Positions 13,067 to 25,208 of a stretch of 64,000 nt of DNA are shown in pieces. The position numbers and the translations under genes were made by a program. Source of the DNA: Felis catus. Taxonomy: Eukaryota. The stretch spans positions 28,894,001 through 28,958,000 of the forward strand of contig NC_058368.1 of assembly GCF_018350175.1 (NCBI RefSeq), given 5' to 3'. Position 1 is the first letter of the stretch; every line of letters starts with the position of its first letter. Under the pieces are notes generated by a model. It worked only from the letters and a program-made list of their open reading frames with translations, did not search any database and was not told the origin of the DNA.

Positions 13067-13125
13067 GGCTTTCTCAACCTCAGCACTAATGACATTTGAG
13101 GCCGGATAACTCTTTGTTGTGAAAC
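13067..13125. mobile_element. MER20-like hAT fragment
   Basis: ggctttctcaacctcagcactaatgacatttgaggccggataactctttgttgtg. Confidence 0.65.
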
Positions 13126-13368
13126 TTGCATTCTCTTTGGGGAGACAGACCATAAAGTAAGCCAACAAATAAATATGCTGGTTTCAGGCGGTGATAAGTG
13201 CTGTATAGAAACGAGACAATGTCCTGGGGAGTGATAGGGGTGGGGGAGGAGGAAGTGGAAGGTGGAAGTAACAGTATGAAGGGGTGCTCCCCTTAGGAGA
13301 TGTGTTTTATTTGAAACCTGAATGACATCCTTAATGTAGACACAGCCACAAACATATAGTGAATGGAC

Positions 13369-13739
13369 TTGTCTTGGTCTTGTTTGGGCTACTATAACAC
13401 AAGTAGCATAGACTAGGGAGCTTATAAACAACAGAAATTTATTTCTCACAGTTCTGGAGGCTGGGACATCCAAGATCAAGAATAAGCAAATCTGGATCTG
13501 GTGTCTGGTGAGAACCCACTTGCTAGATAGCTGTCTGTTCATTGTAACCTCACGGGGCAGAAAGAGTGAGGGATCGCATTGGTGTCTCATTTATGAGACC
13601 ACTGATCCCATTCAGGAGGACTCCACCCTAATGACCTAATCACCTCCCATAGACCCCTACCTCCTAGTAATCCTAAATGCCAGGGTTTAGGATTTCAACA
13701 TATGAATTTTGGGAGGACATAAACCTTCCGTTCACTGCA
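13369..13739. mobile_element. MaLR solo LTR (MLT1A-like)
   Basis: TG...CA termini; aacaacagaaatttatttctcacagttctggaggctgg and atgacctaatcacctccc motifs. Confidence 0.8.
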
Positions 13740-13856
13740 CGATGACACTGAACTCCTTTGGTATGTAATGAAGCTCAAGTTTTAACCATCACTTCTAGTG
13801 TAAGATAGCACTAATGAAAAGTACAGGTGTTTAGAGTCAAGCTTAAAATAATTCCA

Positions 13857-14080
13857 GGGGCGCCTGGGTAGCTCAGTCGGTTAAGTGTCTGATTTTGGCT
13901 CAGGCCATCATCTCACGCTTCGTGGGTTCAAGCCCTGGGTGGAGATCTGTGCTGACAGCCCAGAGCCTGGAGCCTGCTCGGATTCTGTGTCTCCCTCCCT
14001 CTCTGCCCCTCCCTGCTCGTGCTCTGTCTCTCTCTGTCTCTCAAAAATAAATAATAAAAAACACTAATTTAAAAAAAATA
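13857..14080 (+). mobile_element. Can-SINE (felid type)
   Basis: GGGGCGCCTGGGTAGCTCAGTCGG head; TSD ataattcca. Confidence 0.94.
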
Positions 14081-14249
14081 ATAATAATTCCAAATAGAAG
14101 GTATAGATCAAAAAGCAGGCTGTGTCTCAATTAGTGAGAATTCTGAAGGTCTAAGTTAATCTGTACCATACCAATAGAAAGGAGTGTAATGCTTTTGCAT
14201 GCTTATTATCCACCTAGTATCTACGAAATACCATACTATTCATTCAAGC

Positions 14250-15420
14250 ATATTATTCATTCAACAAACTATATCATGTGCCTATTACTGGGGATGCTGC
14301 AGCAAAGAAAACAACAATAATTTTTGTCCTGAAAAGCTTACATTGTGGTACAGGAAGACAGACAATCAGCAAAAGAAGTAAATTATATCTCAAGCTAGAA
14401 GAGGAGAAGCAAGGCTGACAGGAAGATTGCCATTCAAAGTAGGGTAGATGGGCAGGGATCGTCTAACTGAGGAAGGGATATTTAAGCAAAGGCTTGAGGG
14501 ACGTGAGGGGGAGAACAGATATCTAAAATAAGGGCATTCCAGGCAGAGGCCCAGAGGCTGGAGCATGCTTTTGTTCCATCTTTAAAGAAGTGTGATGGGG
14601 AAGATTGAGCAAGGGGGAGAGCATAAGGAGGTGAGATCACAGGTTACTCAGCTAGTTAGAGCAGGGACGTGGTGCAGGGAGTGAGGAAGCAGGCTGTGCA
14701 GAGCCTCGTAGACCATTGTAATGTCCCGGGCCCTGACTGTGGGTGGAAGAGGAAGGTGTTAGAGCATCTCAAGCAGAGGAGTAGCGTGACCTGACTTAGA
14801 TATTTAAAAGATTTCTCTGGCTCCTCTGCAGCAAATAGTCTGTAGGTGGTAAGGCAGAATGAAGGAGACTAGTAAAGAAATTTTTGCAGTGATCCAGCGA
14901 GAGGTAATTGCAGTTTAGAGTGTGGAGGTTGTAAGTAACGATGGGTTCTGGATATATTTTGAAGGTAGAACCAACAGGATTTCCTAACAGATCAGATGCA
15001 TGGGGTGAGAGAGGATGGAGCTAATTAAGAGCAACTTCAAAGTCTAGGGAATGAGCAACTGAAAGAACAGAGTCACCATCAACTGAGATGAGGAATTGAT
15101 TTGGGAGGGAGTAGACCTTTGATTAAATGTGAGATGCCTGTTAGACATCCCAGCAGATGAGCCTGGAGTTCAGGGGAGAGATCAGAACATTTGGGAGTCT
15201 TGGCATGTACATGTTACTGAAAACCACGAGGCTGAAAGAGGTCACCAAGAGAGTGAGTGTGGGCAGAGAAGTCCAAGCCCTGGGGCAATGAAATATTAAG
15301 AAATCAGGGAGATACGGGAGAATCAACCAAGGGGATTGACGATGAGTGGCCAGTGAAGTAGGTGGACAGGGCAGGGAGTGTGGTATCCCAGAAGGCTAAG
15401 TGATGAGCCTCGCAAACAGA
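14250..15420 (+). mobile_element. L2 fragment
   Basis: ttcattcattcaacaaac end motif; ctggatatattttgaaggtagaaccaacaggattt and gagatgcctgttagacatcc motifs; orientation given as read, boundaries approximate. Confidence 0.65.
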
Positions 15421-16013
15421 AGGAGCAGTTATTAAATGTTGGCAGTGTGCCAAATGAAAGATTACATACATCATCCCATGCTGTTCTTCCAGTAGACCAC
15501 TGCGATACCCGTCAGCCAGATTTACATTTGAGAGAATGGAGGCTCAGAGAGTTTCAATAACCTGCCTGGTAGCTACATAATGAACTGAGATTCAAACCAG
15601 ATTGGATTGGCCCCCCCAGAATTAAACTCCATCCACCATCTCACTCACTGTAGCTACTTGGGGAAAAGAATAGTGTGAAAACTTAAAAAGTATTCATAAT
15701 AGGAAAATATTAAAGAAATGCAGTGTTGCTATTTACGAATACTTAAAGTCACTAGGAGAACAAAGTGTTACCAAGAAACAATACTTTTAGTGTTGCATAA
15801 ATAACATGTCAGTGTTTCACTGAGTAAATAAGTCAACTTTAACTTTAGGCCTTGTGTAAATAATTATCATGAATTCTGAGTTAAATTTTTTCAGGTTTTC
15901 ACTTTTTTTTTCATTTTCACTTTCTCCTGCAAGCAGAATTTATAAATATCCACATATTGCTTATAAAAGTTTGCATCCATCACATGGAATAAGGGTTTTG
16001 CTTTATAGGTTCT

Positions 16014-16233
16014 TTTTTTTTTTTAAGTTTATTTATTTATTTTGAGAGAGACAGAGAGAGAGAGAGAGAGAGACCATGAGCATGAGCAGGGGAGGGGCAG
16101 AAAGAGAATTCCAAGCAGTCCCTGCACTGTCAGTGCAGAGCCCAACGTGGGGTTTGCACTCACAAACTGAGATCATGACCTGAGCCAAAACCAAAAGAGG
16201 GATGCTTAACCGACTGAGCCACCCAAGCACCCC
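16014..16233 (-). mobile_element. Can-SINE
   Basis: Poly(T), (GA)n, reverse-complement head; TSD ttataggtt. Confidence 0.93.
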
Positions 16234-17723
16234 TTGTGTTATAGGTTTCTAATAAAATATCAGTGGCATTGAATTGCATTCTACAATGAGAAGAATCTGT
16301 CATAAAAAACACATGCTATCTTGGTGATTTTTAATTCAGCAAGCCAATTGAGTAAGAATCTAAATTTGGAGTATTTATTCAAACAATCCTGCCAGATTTT
16401 CAGCTGTCAAATTAACTTCCAATTTTACATATACCAATTCTTGGAAAGTACTAGATTTTTAGATTCTTAGCAAGTATTTTATTTTCTCAGAAGATCCAAT
16501 TATTTGGCAACATTGCTGATTAATACTCTGTTCAGCATTTTACAACTGTCGTGGCCAGACTGTCAACTTCCATGGCCAGCACTTTGTCTCCTGACATTCT
16601 GACTTGTCCCTTTGACCACAGCCTGAACAGTTTTCTAGAAAGCTACCTCAGCACCCTGAGAAGGCATGCCTAGCTTGTAGGAATATTCCCACTGTACCCT
16701 CTGAACTGACTCTTCTTTTCCCAAAGAGGGTATCTTAGCCATCATATTAAAACCCTGTTAGGAGGTAAGACCTCTTTAGTTTCAAATGAACAGCATGCGT
16801 CTGTAAAATTGGACAAATGATAAATAATTCTAATCAAATAACAAATGTGTGCACTGCCATCAGTTCCTCCTTCCCCATCCTGCCCTCACTGAGAGCAGAG
16901 CTAAAATATTGCAGAGAATCACTGCCATTAATTCCACTATCCCTTGTCTAAAGCTTGCTATGGATGCATTTCCCTGGTTAAAGAAGTTGTTCAAAGCTTC
17001 CTCGCTAAAATAAAATCTTAAGTGAGGAAAGGGAAACTTGGCCATGCCTAAAAATAAAGACCCTCCACCCTTCCCCCTCTCCTGCCATGAGATTACTTAT
17101 TACATCTGTACGAAGTTTAGAATTTCAGACTTTAGGACATTGGGGTCATCCAGAGGTTACTTTTCTCCCAGTCAGATACAAACATAATAAAATTGCTCAC
17201 TTCTTCTCCCTGCCCCCTTAAAGGAGCACCAAAGCCACAGTTACATGTACTCATGTGTGACGCAAAATTCTATTTTTAAACTCAGAATATATCATTAGTC
17301 ATTTACAGAAGGAAACCATTAACATCCAAAAGGATGGACCAACAGAACTCCTTCATGTTGCCAATTGTTTCTAAAACTAATTCTAAGTCCAACGACGGCT
17401 GCAAATACATATATGCTTTCTGTCGTTCGGAAAGGCACAGGTTTTCAATTTGCTTATGCCAAGTTATGAGTATATAAGTATTAGACCCTAAAAAGGAAGA
17501 AAAATGCAAAACCATACTTATTTTTCTGCTTAATCGTATCTGTTTAATCATCTGCTTATTCTTCTGCTTAATTATATTTTGGAATCAAACATTATTTTTA
17601 GAACTTTCTTTTGCTTAGAAAAGTTAATATTATCCCAAACTGCTAAAGCGCTAAGAATTCATGTTAATGTTGTTCATATTTATCATACAAGAAAGAGTTT
17701 CTCCTTTAAAAAAATACTTCCAA

Positions 17724-18005
17724 GGGGCGCCTGGGTGGTTCAGTCGGTTAAGTATCCGACTTCAACTCAGGTCATGATCTCGCAGTCCGTGGGTTCGAGC
17801 CCCGCGTCGGGCTCTGTGCTGACATCTCAGAGCCTGGAGCCTGCTTCGGATTCTGTGTCTCCCTCTCTCTCTGACCCTTCCTCATTCATGCTCTGTCTCT
17901 CTCTGTCTCAAAAATAAATATTAAAAAATAAATAAAATAAAATAAAATAAAATAAAATAAAATAAAATAAAATAAAATAAAATAAAATAAAATAAAATAA
18001 AAATA
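17724..18005 (+). mobile_element. Young felid Can-SINE with expanded (TAAAA)n tail
   Basis: CpGs retained; about 15 TAAAA units at 17929-18008; TSD aaaaaatacttcc. Confidence 0.95.
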
Positions 18006-18455
18006 AAAAAATACTTCCTCAAAAAAAAGATTTAATCTAGAATGGAATAAGACTGTCACTTTTTAATTTGTTAATTAATACATTTTCTTAAGTAACTTTA
18101 AGGTACTTTAAGGTACTGCCATCCTTTTCAAACTTTCAAAGGCCAGAAATAATACCTCTCATATGAAATGATTTTAAAAAGAATATCTGTAACACACGTC
18201 CTGAATGGAAAATTGCCTGTCATACCAATGATGCATTCTAAGAGTGATGTTTGTGGAGAAGTTTAAACTCTGTCAACATGTTTAATAGAATTTTTTAACA
18301 GCCAGGATTCAGTGAAGGAAACTGCACGGTACAAATACTACTTTAATTTTTGAGCACTTCAGTACAATTAGCTAGTAAAATACACTTGAAACCGCACTAT
18401 GAGGTCCCAGGTTAGTGGATGAATCATCAATCTTTCTGCCTTTCTTTTTATTTCT

Positions 18456-18599
18456 TTTTTTTAACTTTAATATAATTTATTGTCAAGTTGGCTAACATAC
18501 AGTGTATACAGTGTGCTCTTGGTTTTGGGGGTAGATTCTCATAATTCATCACTTATATACAACACGCAGTGCTCATCCCAAGTGCCCTCCTCAATGCCC
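18456..18599 (-). mobile_element. Very short L1 3' end fragment
   Basis: tttattgtcaagttgg...cagtgctcatcccaagtgccctcctcaatgccc, similar to the 3'UTR at 19733-19800; long flanking direct repeat. Confidence 0.85.
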
Positions 18600-18986
18600 A
18601 TCATCAATCTTTTTGCCTTTCTTTTTATTTCTAACTGGACCACATAAGAGAGGGCAAGGGTCATGGTTAATTCATTATTGTGTCCTCCTTTGTGCTTTAA
18701 ATATAAGCTGCTCAGTAAATACTAAGAAACAAGCCAACAAACATTTTTTATTTTGTCTCCTATATTTCACAAACTATACAGTAATTCTTTGGGTGCTTTA
18801 TGACTTCATTTTCCCCAAAGAAAGTTTTTGAAATGAAAAGTTCCTAAGGGTTAGGATAGCTAGAGAAGCCCCAAATTTAAAACAAAACAAAACAAAAACT
18901 TTCTAGAAAAAGACCATTGCATAACAATGTGGCTTGACAAACAGCTTGTACGTGCCTTTTTGCGAACGTTTTTGGGGCTCTCGGAG

Positions 18987-19210
18987 TTTTTTGATTTTTG
19001 TTTTATTTTAGAAAAAGAGTGTGTGTGAGTGGGAGAGAGAGCAGAGGGGGAGAGAGAGAAAGAAAGAGAGGGAGGGAGGGAGAAAGAATGAATCCCAAGC
19101 AGGCTCCATGGTCACTGGTTCAGCATGAGTCAAACATGGGGCTCAATCCCAAGACCCTGGGATCATGACCAAGAGTCAGACGCTCAACCAACTGAGCAAC
19201 CCAGGTACCC
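18987..19210 (-). mobile_element. Can-SINE (older, diverged)
   Basis: GA-rich tract and reverse-complement head; TSD tgcgaacgtttttg / tgcaaacctttttg. Confidence 0.88.
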
Positions 19211-19590
19211 TGCAAACCTTTTTGTCTAATCTTCAAACATGTTTAAATTTTAACTTAAAAAAAAAAAAACCAAGCTAATAGCATCTCTTTAAAATATTTA
19301 ATCTTTTCTGGCTTTCTCAATTTTAAGTTCTTATTCATGTATTTCTGTTCATTGATTGTAATGCTTGAGATTTACTTAAATTTTTTTTCTTGAAAAAACA
19401 CTGCTAATTACTGGGAGATTATTACTTCATTTGCAAAACTGTGATTAATACCGCTGGAGAGAAATCTCTTGTTTGTACATTATTACAGCACCAACTGTGA
19501 GTTTTGAAATGAAGACACACTCATTATGAATTAAGTTCTTGAGATCCTGATATTTTCTTGCTAACCCATCTATTTATCATGTACACATTT

Positions 19591-19632
<42 letters not shown>

Positions 19633-19948
19633 TTGTATTTTTGCTTTATTTCTTTTTTTTTTTTTTTTTTTTTTTATTTTTTATTTTTTTATTTATTTTT
19701 TTTTTTTTATTTATTTTTTTTTTAATATGAAATTTATTGACAAATTAGTTTCCATACAACACCCAGTGCTCATCCCAAAAGGTGCCCTCCTCAATACCCA
19801 TCACCCACCCTCTCCTCCCTCCCACCCCCCATCAACCCTCAGTTTGTTCTCAGTTTTTAAGAGTCTCTTATACTTTGGCTTCTCCCACTCTAACCTGTTT
19901 TTTTTTTTTTTTTTTCCTTCCCCTCCCCCATGGGTTCCTGTTAAATTC

Positions 19949-22900
19949 TCAGGGTCCACATAAGAGTGAAACCATATGGTATCTGTCTTTCTCTGTATGG
20001 CTTATTTCACTTAGCATCACACTCTCCAGTTCCATCCACGTTGCTACAAAAGGCCATATTTCATTTTTTCTCATTGCCACGTAATATTCCATTGTGTATA
20101 TAAACCACAATTTCTTTATCCATTCATCAGTTGATGGACATTTAGGCTCTTTCCATAATTTGGCTATTGTTGAGAGTGCTGCTATGAACATTGGGGTACA
20201 AGTGGCCCTATGCATCAGTACTCCTGTATCCCTTGGATAAATTCCTAGCAGTGCTATTGCTGGGTCATAGGGTAGGTCTATTTTTAATTTTCTGAGGAAC
20301 CTCCACACTGCTTTCCAGAGCGGCTGCACCAATTTGCATTCCCACCAACAGTGCAAGAGGGTTCCCGTTTCTCCACATCCTCTCCAGCATCTGGAGTCTC
20401 CTGATTTGTTCATTTTGGCCACTCTGACTGGCGTGAGGTGATACCTGAGTGTGGTTTTGATTTGTATTTCCCTGATAAGGAGCGACGCTGAACATCTTTT
20501 CATGTGCCTGTTGGCCATCCGGATGTCTTCTTTAGAGAAGTGTCTATTCATGTTTTCTGCCCATTTCTTCACTGGGTTATTTGTTTTTCGGGTGTGGAGT
20601 TTGGTGAGCTCTTTATAGATTTTGGATACTAGCCCTTTGTCCGATATGTCATTTGCGAATATCTTTTCCCATTCTGTTGGTTGCCTTTTAGTTTTGTTGG
20701 TTGTTTCCTTTGCTGTGCAGAAGCTTTTTATCTTCATAAGGTCCCAGTAATTCACTTTTGCTTTTAATTCCCTTGCCTTTGGGGATGTGTCGAGTAAGAG
20801 ATTGCTACGGCTGAGGTCAGAGAGGTCTTTTCCTGCTTTCTCCTCTAAGGTTTTGATGGTTTCCTGTCTCACATTTAGGTCCTTTATCCATTTTGAGTTT
20901 ATTTTTGTGAATGGTGTGAGAAAGTGGTCTAGTTTCAACCTTCTGCATGTTGCTGTCCAGTTCTCCCAGCACCATTTGTTAAAGAGGCTGTCTTTTTTCC
21001 ATTGGATGTTCTTTCCTGCTTTGTCAAAGATGAGTTGGCCATACGTTTGTGGGTCTAGTTCTGGGGTTTCTATTCTATTCCATTGGTCTATGTGTCTGTT
21101 TCTGTGCCAATACCATGCTGTCTTGATGATGACAGCTTTGTAGTAGAGGCTAAAGTCTGGGATTGTGATGCCTCCTGCTTTGGTCTTCTTCTTCAAAATT
21201 CCTTTGGCTATTCGGGGCCTTTTGTGGTTCCATATGAATTTTAGGATTGCTTGTTCTAGTTTCGAGAAGAATGCTGGTGCAATTTTGATTGGGATTGCAT
21301 TGAATGTGTAGATAGCTTTGGGTAGTATTGACATTTTGACAATATTTATTTTTCCAATCCATGAGCAGGGAATGTCTTTCCATTTCTTTAAATCTTCTTC
21401 AATTTCCTTCATAAGCTTTCTATAGTTTTCAGCATACAGATCCTTTACATCTTTGGTTAGATTTATTCCTAGGTATTTTATGCTTCTTGGTGCAATTGTG
21501 AATGGGATCAGTTTCTTTATTTGTCTTTCTGTTGCTTCATTGTTAGTGTATAAGAATGCAACTGATTTCTGTACATTGATTTTGTATCCTGCAACTTTGC
21601 TGAATTCCTGTATCAGTTCTAGTAGACTTTTGGTGGAGTCTATCGGATTTTCCATGTATAATATCATGTCATCTGCAAAAAGCGAAAGCTTGACTTCGTC
21701 TTTGCCAATTTTGATGCCTTTGATTTCCTTTTGTTGTCTGATTGCTGATGCTAGAACTTCCAGCACTATGTTAAACAGCAGCGGTGAGAGTGGGCATCCT
21801 TGTCGTGTTCCTGATCTCAGGGAAAAAGCTCTCAGTTTTTCCCCGTTGAGGATGATGTTAGCTGTGGGCTTTTCATAGATGGCTTTTATGATCTTTAAGT
21901 ATGTTCCTTCTATCCCGACTTTCTCAAGGGTTTTTATTAAGAAAGGGTGCTGGATTTTGTCAAAGGCCTTTTCTGCATCGATTGACAGGATCATATGGTT
22001 CTTCTCTTTTTTTTTGTTAATGTGATGTATCACGTTGATTGATTTGCGAATGTTGAACCAGCCCTGCATCCCAGGAATGAATCCCACTTGATCATGGTGA
22101 ATAATTCTTTTTATATGCCGTTGAATTCGATTTGCTAGTATCTTATTGAGAATTTTTGCATCCATATTCATCAGGGATATTGGCCTGTAGTTCTCTTTTT
22201 TTACTGGGTCTCTGTCAGGTTTAGGAATCAAAGTAATACTGGCTTCATAGAATGAGTCTGGAAGTATTCCTTCCCTTTCTATTTCTTGGAATAGCTTGAG
22301 AAGGATAGGTATTATCTCTGCTTTAAACGTCTGGTAGAACTCCCCTGGGAAGCCATCTGGTCCTGGACTCTTATTTGTTGGGAGATTTTTGATAACCGAT
22401 TCAATTTCTTCACTGGTTATGGGTCTGTTCAAGCTTTCTATTTCCTCCTGATTGAGTTTTGGAAGAGTGTGGGTGTTCAGGAATTTGTCCATTTCTTCCA
22501 GGTTGTCCAGTTTGTTGGCATATAATTTTTCATAGTATTCCCTGATAATTGTTTGTATCTCTGAGGGATTGGTTGTAATAATTCCATTTTCATTCATGAT
22601 TTTATCTATTTGGGTCATCTCCCTTTTCTTTTTGAGAAGCCTGGCTAGAGGTTTGTCAATTTTGTTTATTTTTTCAAAAAACCAACTCTTGGTTTCGTTG
22701 ATCTGCTCTACAGTTTTTTTAGATTCTATATTGTTTATTTCTGCTCTGATCTTTATTATTTCTCTTCTTCTGCTGGGTTTAGGCTGCCTTTGCTGTTCTG
22801 CTTCTAGTTCCTTTAGGTGTGCTGTTAGATTTTGTATTTGGGATTTTTCTTGTTTCTTGAGATAGGCCTGGATTGCAATGTATTTTCCTCTCAGGACTGC

Positions 22901-23773
22901 CTTCGCTGCGTCCCAAAGCGTTTGGATTGTTGTATTTTCATTTTCGTTTGTTTCCATATATTTTTTAATTTCTTCTCTAATTGCCTGGTTGACCCACTCA
23001 TTCGTTAGTAGGGTGTTCTTTAACCTCCATGCCTTTGGAGGTTTTCCAGACTTTTTCCTGTGGTTGAGTTCAAGCTTCATAGCATTGTGGTCTGAAAGTA
23101 TGCATGGTATAATTTCAATTCTTGTAAACTTATGAAGGGCTGTTTTGTGACCCAGTATGTGATCTATCTTGGAGAATGTTCCATGTGCACTCGAGAAGAA
23201 AGTATATTCTGTTGCTTTGGGATGCAGCGTTCTAAATATATCTGTCAAGTCCATCTGATCCAATGTCTCATTCAGGGCCCTTGTTTCTTTATTGATCGTG
23301 TGTCTAGATGATCTGTCCATTTCTGTAAGTGGGGAGTTAAAGTCCCCTGCAATTACCACATTCTTATCAATAAGATTGCTTATGTTTATGAGTAATTGTT
23401 TTATATATTTGGGGGCTCCGGTATTCGGCGCATAGACATTTATAATTGTTAGCTCTTCCTGATGGATAGACCCTGTAACTATTATATAATGTCCTTCTTC
23501 ATCTCTTGTGACAGCCTTTAATTTAAAGTCTAGTTTGTCTGATATAAGTATGGCTACTCCAGCTTTCTTTTGGCTTCCAGTCGCATGATAAATAGTTCTC
23601 CATCCCCTCACTCTCAATCTAAAGGTGTCCTCAGGTCTAAAATGAGTCTCTTGTAGACAGCAAATAGATGGGTCTTGTTTTTTTATCCATTCTGATACCC
23701 TATGTCTTTTGGTTGGTGCATTTAATCCATTTACATTCAGTGTTATTATAGAAAGATACGGGTTGAGAGTCAT
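19949..23773 (-). CDS. LINE-1 ORF2p (1274 aa; APE endonuclease, reverse transcriptase, Cys-rich domain)
   Basis: ATG at 23773 ([18 protein letters not shown]); EN motifs QETH, GDFN, KIDH, SDH; RT motifs QGCPLSP and [22 protein letters not shown] knuckle; no stops or frameshifts. Confidence 0.97.
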   Translation of the reverse strand: MTLNPYLSIITLNVNGLNAPTKRHRVSEWIKKQDPSICCLQETHFRPEDTFRLRVRGWRTIYHATGSQKKAGVAILISDKLDFKLKAVTRDEEGHYIIVTGSIHQEELTIINVYAPNTGAPKYIKQLLINISNLIDKNVVIAGDFNSPLTEMDRSSRHTINKETRALNETLDQMDLTDIFRTLHPKATEYTFFSSAHGTFSKIDHILGHKTALHKFTRIEIIPCILSDHNAMKLELNHRKKSGKPPKAWRLKNTLLTNEWVNQAIREEIKKYMETNENENTTIQTLWDAAKAVLRGKYIAIQAYLKKQEKSQIQNLTAHLKELEAEQQRQPKPSRRREIIKIRAEINNIESKKTVEQINETKSWFFEKINKIDKPLARLLKKKREMTQIDKIMNENGIITTNPSEIQTIIREYYEKLYANKLDNLEEMDKFLNTHTLPKLNQEEIESLNRPITSEEIESVIKNLPTNKSPGPDGFPGEFYQTFKAEIIPILLKLFQEIEREGILPDSFYEASITLIPKPDRDPVKKENYRPISLMNMDAKILNKILANRIQRHIKRIIHHDQVGFIPGMQGWFNIRKSINVIHHINKKKEKNHMILSIDAEKAFDKIQHPFLIKTLEKVGIEGTYLKIIKAIYEKPTANIILNGEKLRAFSLRSGTRQGCPLSPLLFNIVLEVLASAIRQQKEIKGIKIGKDEVKLSLFADDMILYMENPIDSTKSLLELIQEFSKVAGYKINVQKSVAFLYTNNEATERQIKKLIPFTIAPRSIKYLGINLTKDVKDLYAENYRKLMKEIEEDLKKWKDIPCSWIGKINIVKMSILPKAIYTFNAIPIKIAPAFFSKLEQAILKFIWNHKRPRIAKGILKKKTKAGGITIPDFSLYYKAVIIKTAWYWHRNRHIDQWNRIETPELDPQTYGQLIFDKAGKNIQWKKDSLFNKWCWENWTATCRRLKLDHFLTPFTKINSKWIKDLNVRQETIKTLEEKAGKDLSDLSRSNLLLDTSPKARELKAKVNYWDLMKIKSFCTAKETTNKTKRQPTEWEKIFANDISDKGLVSKIYKELTKLHTRKTNNPVKKWAENMNRHFSKEDIRMANRHMKRCSASLLIREIQIKTTLRYHLTPVRVAKMNKSGDSRCWRGCGETGTLLHCWWECKLVQPLWKAVWRFLRKLKIDLPYDPAIALLGIYPRDTGVLMHRATCTPMFIAALSTIAKLWKEPKCPSTDEWIKKLWFIYTMEYYVAMRKNEIWPFVATWMELESVMLSEISHTEKDRYHMVSLLCGP

Positions 23774-23823
23774 TGTGATGTCTGTATGATTTATGCTTGT
23801 AGTGATGTCTCTGGGACTTTGTC

Positions 23824-24717
23824 TCACAGGGTCCCCCTTAGGATCTCTTGTAGGGCTGGTTTAGTGGTGACAAATTCCTTCAGTTTTTGTTTGTTTGGGA
23901 AAACCTTTATCTCTCCTTCTATTCTAAATGACAGACTTGCTGGGTAAAGGATTCTCGGCTGCATATTTTTTCTGTCTAGCACCCTGAAAATCTCGTGCCA
24001 ATTCTTTCTGGCCTGCCAAGTTTCAAAAGAGAGATCAGTCACGAGTCTTATAGGTCTCCCTTTATATGTGAGGGCACGTTTACCCCTTGCTGCTTTCAGA
24101 ATTTTCTCTTTATCCTTGTATTTTGCCAGTTTCACTATGATATGTCGTGCAGAAGATCGATTCAAGTTACGTCTGAAGGGAGTTCTCTGTGCCTCTTGGA
24201 TTTCAATGCCTTTTTCCTTCCCCAGTTCAGGGAAGTTCTCAGCTATGATTTCTTCAAGTACCCCTTCAGCACCTTTCCCTCTCTCTTCCTCCTCTGGGAT
24301 ACCAATTATGCGTATATTATTTCTTTTTAGTGTATCACTTAGTTCTCTAATTTTCCCCTCATACTCCTGGATTTTTTTATCTCTCTTTTTCTCAGCTTCC
24401 TCTTTTTCCATAACTTTATCCTCTAGTTCACCTATTCTCTCCTCTGCCTCTTCAAGCCGAGCTGTGGTGGTTTCCATTTTGTTATGCATTTCGTTTAAAG
24501 CGTTTTTCAGCTCCTCGTGACTGTTCCTTAGTCCCTTGATCTCTGTAGCAAGAGATTCTCTGCTGTCCTGTATACTGTTTTCAAGCCCAGCGATTAATTT
24601 TATGACTATTATTCTAAATTCACTTTCTGTTAAATTATTTAAATCCTTTTTGATCAGTTCATTAGCTGTTGTTATTTCCTGGAGATTCTTCTGAGGGGAA
24701 TTCTTCCGCTTGGTCAT
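23824..24717 (-). CDS. LINE-1 ORF1p (297 aa; coiled coil, RRM, CTD RNA chaperone)
   Basis: ATG at 24717 ([10 protein letters not shown]...); motifs [34 protein letters not shown] at 23826-23824. The track start at 24756 is a non-ATG extension. Confidence 0.96.
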   Translation of the reverse strand: MTKRKNSPQKNLQEITTANELIKKDLNNLTESEFRIIVIKLIAGLENSIQDSRESLATEIKGLRNSHEELKNALNEMHNKMETTTARLEEAEERIGELEDKVMEKEEAEKKRDKKIQEYEGKIRELSDTLKRNNIRIIGIPEEEERGKGAEGVLEEIIAENFPELGKEKGIEIQEAQRTPFRRNLNRSSARHIIVKLAKYKDKEKILKAARGKRALTYKGRPIRLVTDLSFETWQARKNWHEIFRVLDRKNMQPRILYPASLSFRIEGEIKVFPNKQKLKEFVTTKPALQEILRGTL

Positions 24718-25194
24718 TTTGGATAGTCCCTGGCGTGGTGAGGACCTGCAGGGCACTTCCCCTGTGTTGTGGTGTATAACTGGAGTTGGTGGGCGGGGCC
24801 GCAGTCAGACCTGATGTCTGCCCCCAGCCCACCGCTGGGGCCACAGTCAGACTGGTGTGTGCCTTCTCTTCCCCTCTCCTAGGGGCGGGATTCACTGTGG
24901 GGTGGTGTGGCCCGTCTGGGCTACTTGCACACTGCCAGGCTTGTGATGCTGGGGATCTGGCGTATTAGCTGGGGTGGGTAGGCAAGGTGCACGGGGGTAG
25001 GAGGGGCAGGCTTAGCTCGCTTCTCCTTAGGTGATCCTCTTCAGGAGGGGCCCCTCTTCCGTGGGCCTCTCGTCTGCGTTTGGCTCCGTCGACTCCGTTC
25101 TGCTAATCCTCTGGCGGTTTTCTGGGTTATTTAGGCAGGTGTAGGTGGAATCTAAGTGATCAGCAGGACGCGCGGTGAGCCCAGCGTCCTCCTA

Positions 25195-25208
25195 AGCCGC
25201 CATCTTGC
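25195..25208 (-). promoter_or_regulatory. YY1-type site at the L1 5' terminus (CAAGATGGCGG)
   Basis: Minus strand reads GAGATTGAAGCGGCAAGATGGCGGCTTAGG; AAGATGGCG is the YY1 motif typical of mammalian L1 5' ends. Confidence 0.8.

Noticed and set aside
12973..13590. 205-aa minus-strand ORF
   Set aside because: Runs through MLT1, L2-like and MER20 remnants; no protein family features.
17929..18008. Regular repeat arrays that might suggest CRISPR or satellite DNA
   Set aside because: Simple (TAAAA)n SINE tail with no spacers; eukaryotic context.
23774..23860. The ORF2 frame is open across the 50-nt spacer and overlaps the ORF1 stop (GTGA), suggesting an ORF1-ORF2 frameshift fusion or a GTG start
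   Set aside because: No canonical slippery heptamer; L1 ORF2 is known to be translated by termination-reinitiation, and ATG 23773 matches the conserved ORF2p N-terminus.
20787..24968. Several + strand ORFs inside the L1, including a 60-aa ORF in the 5'UTR (ORF0-like?)
   Set aside because: These are antisense shadows of L1 coding sequence; the 5'UTR one starts at a non-ATG codon and shows no recognisable homology.
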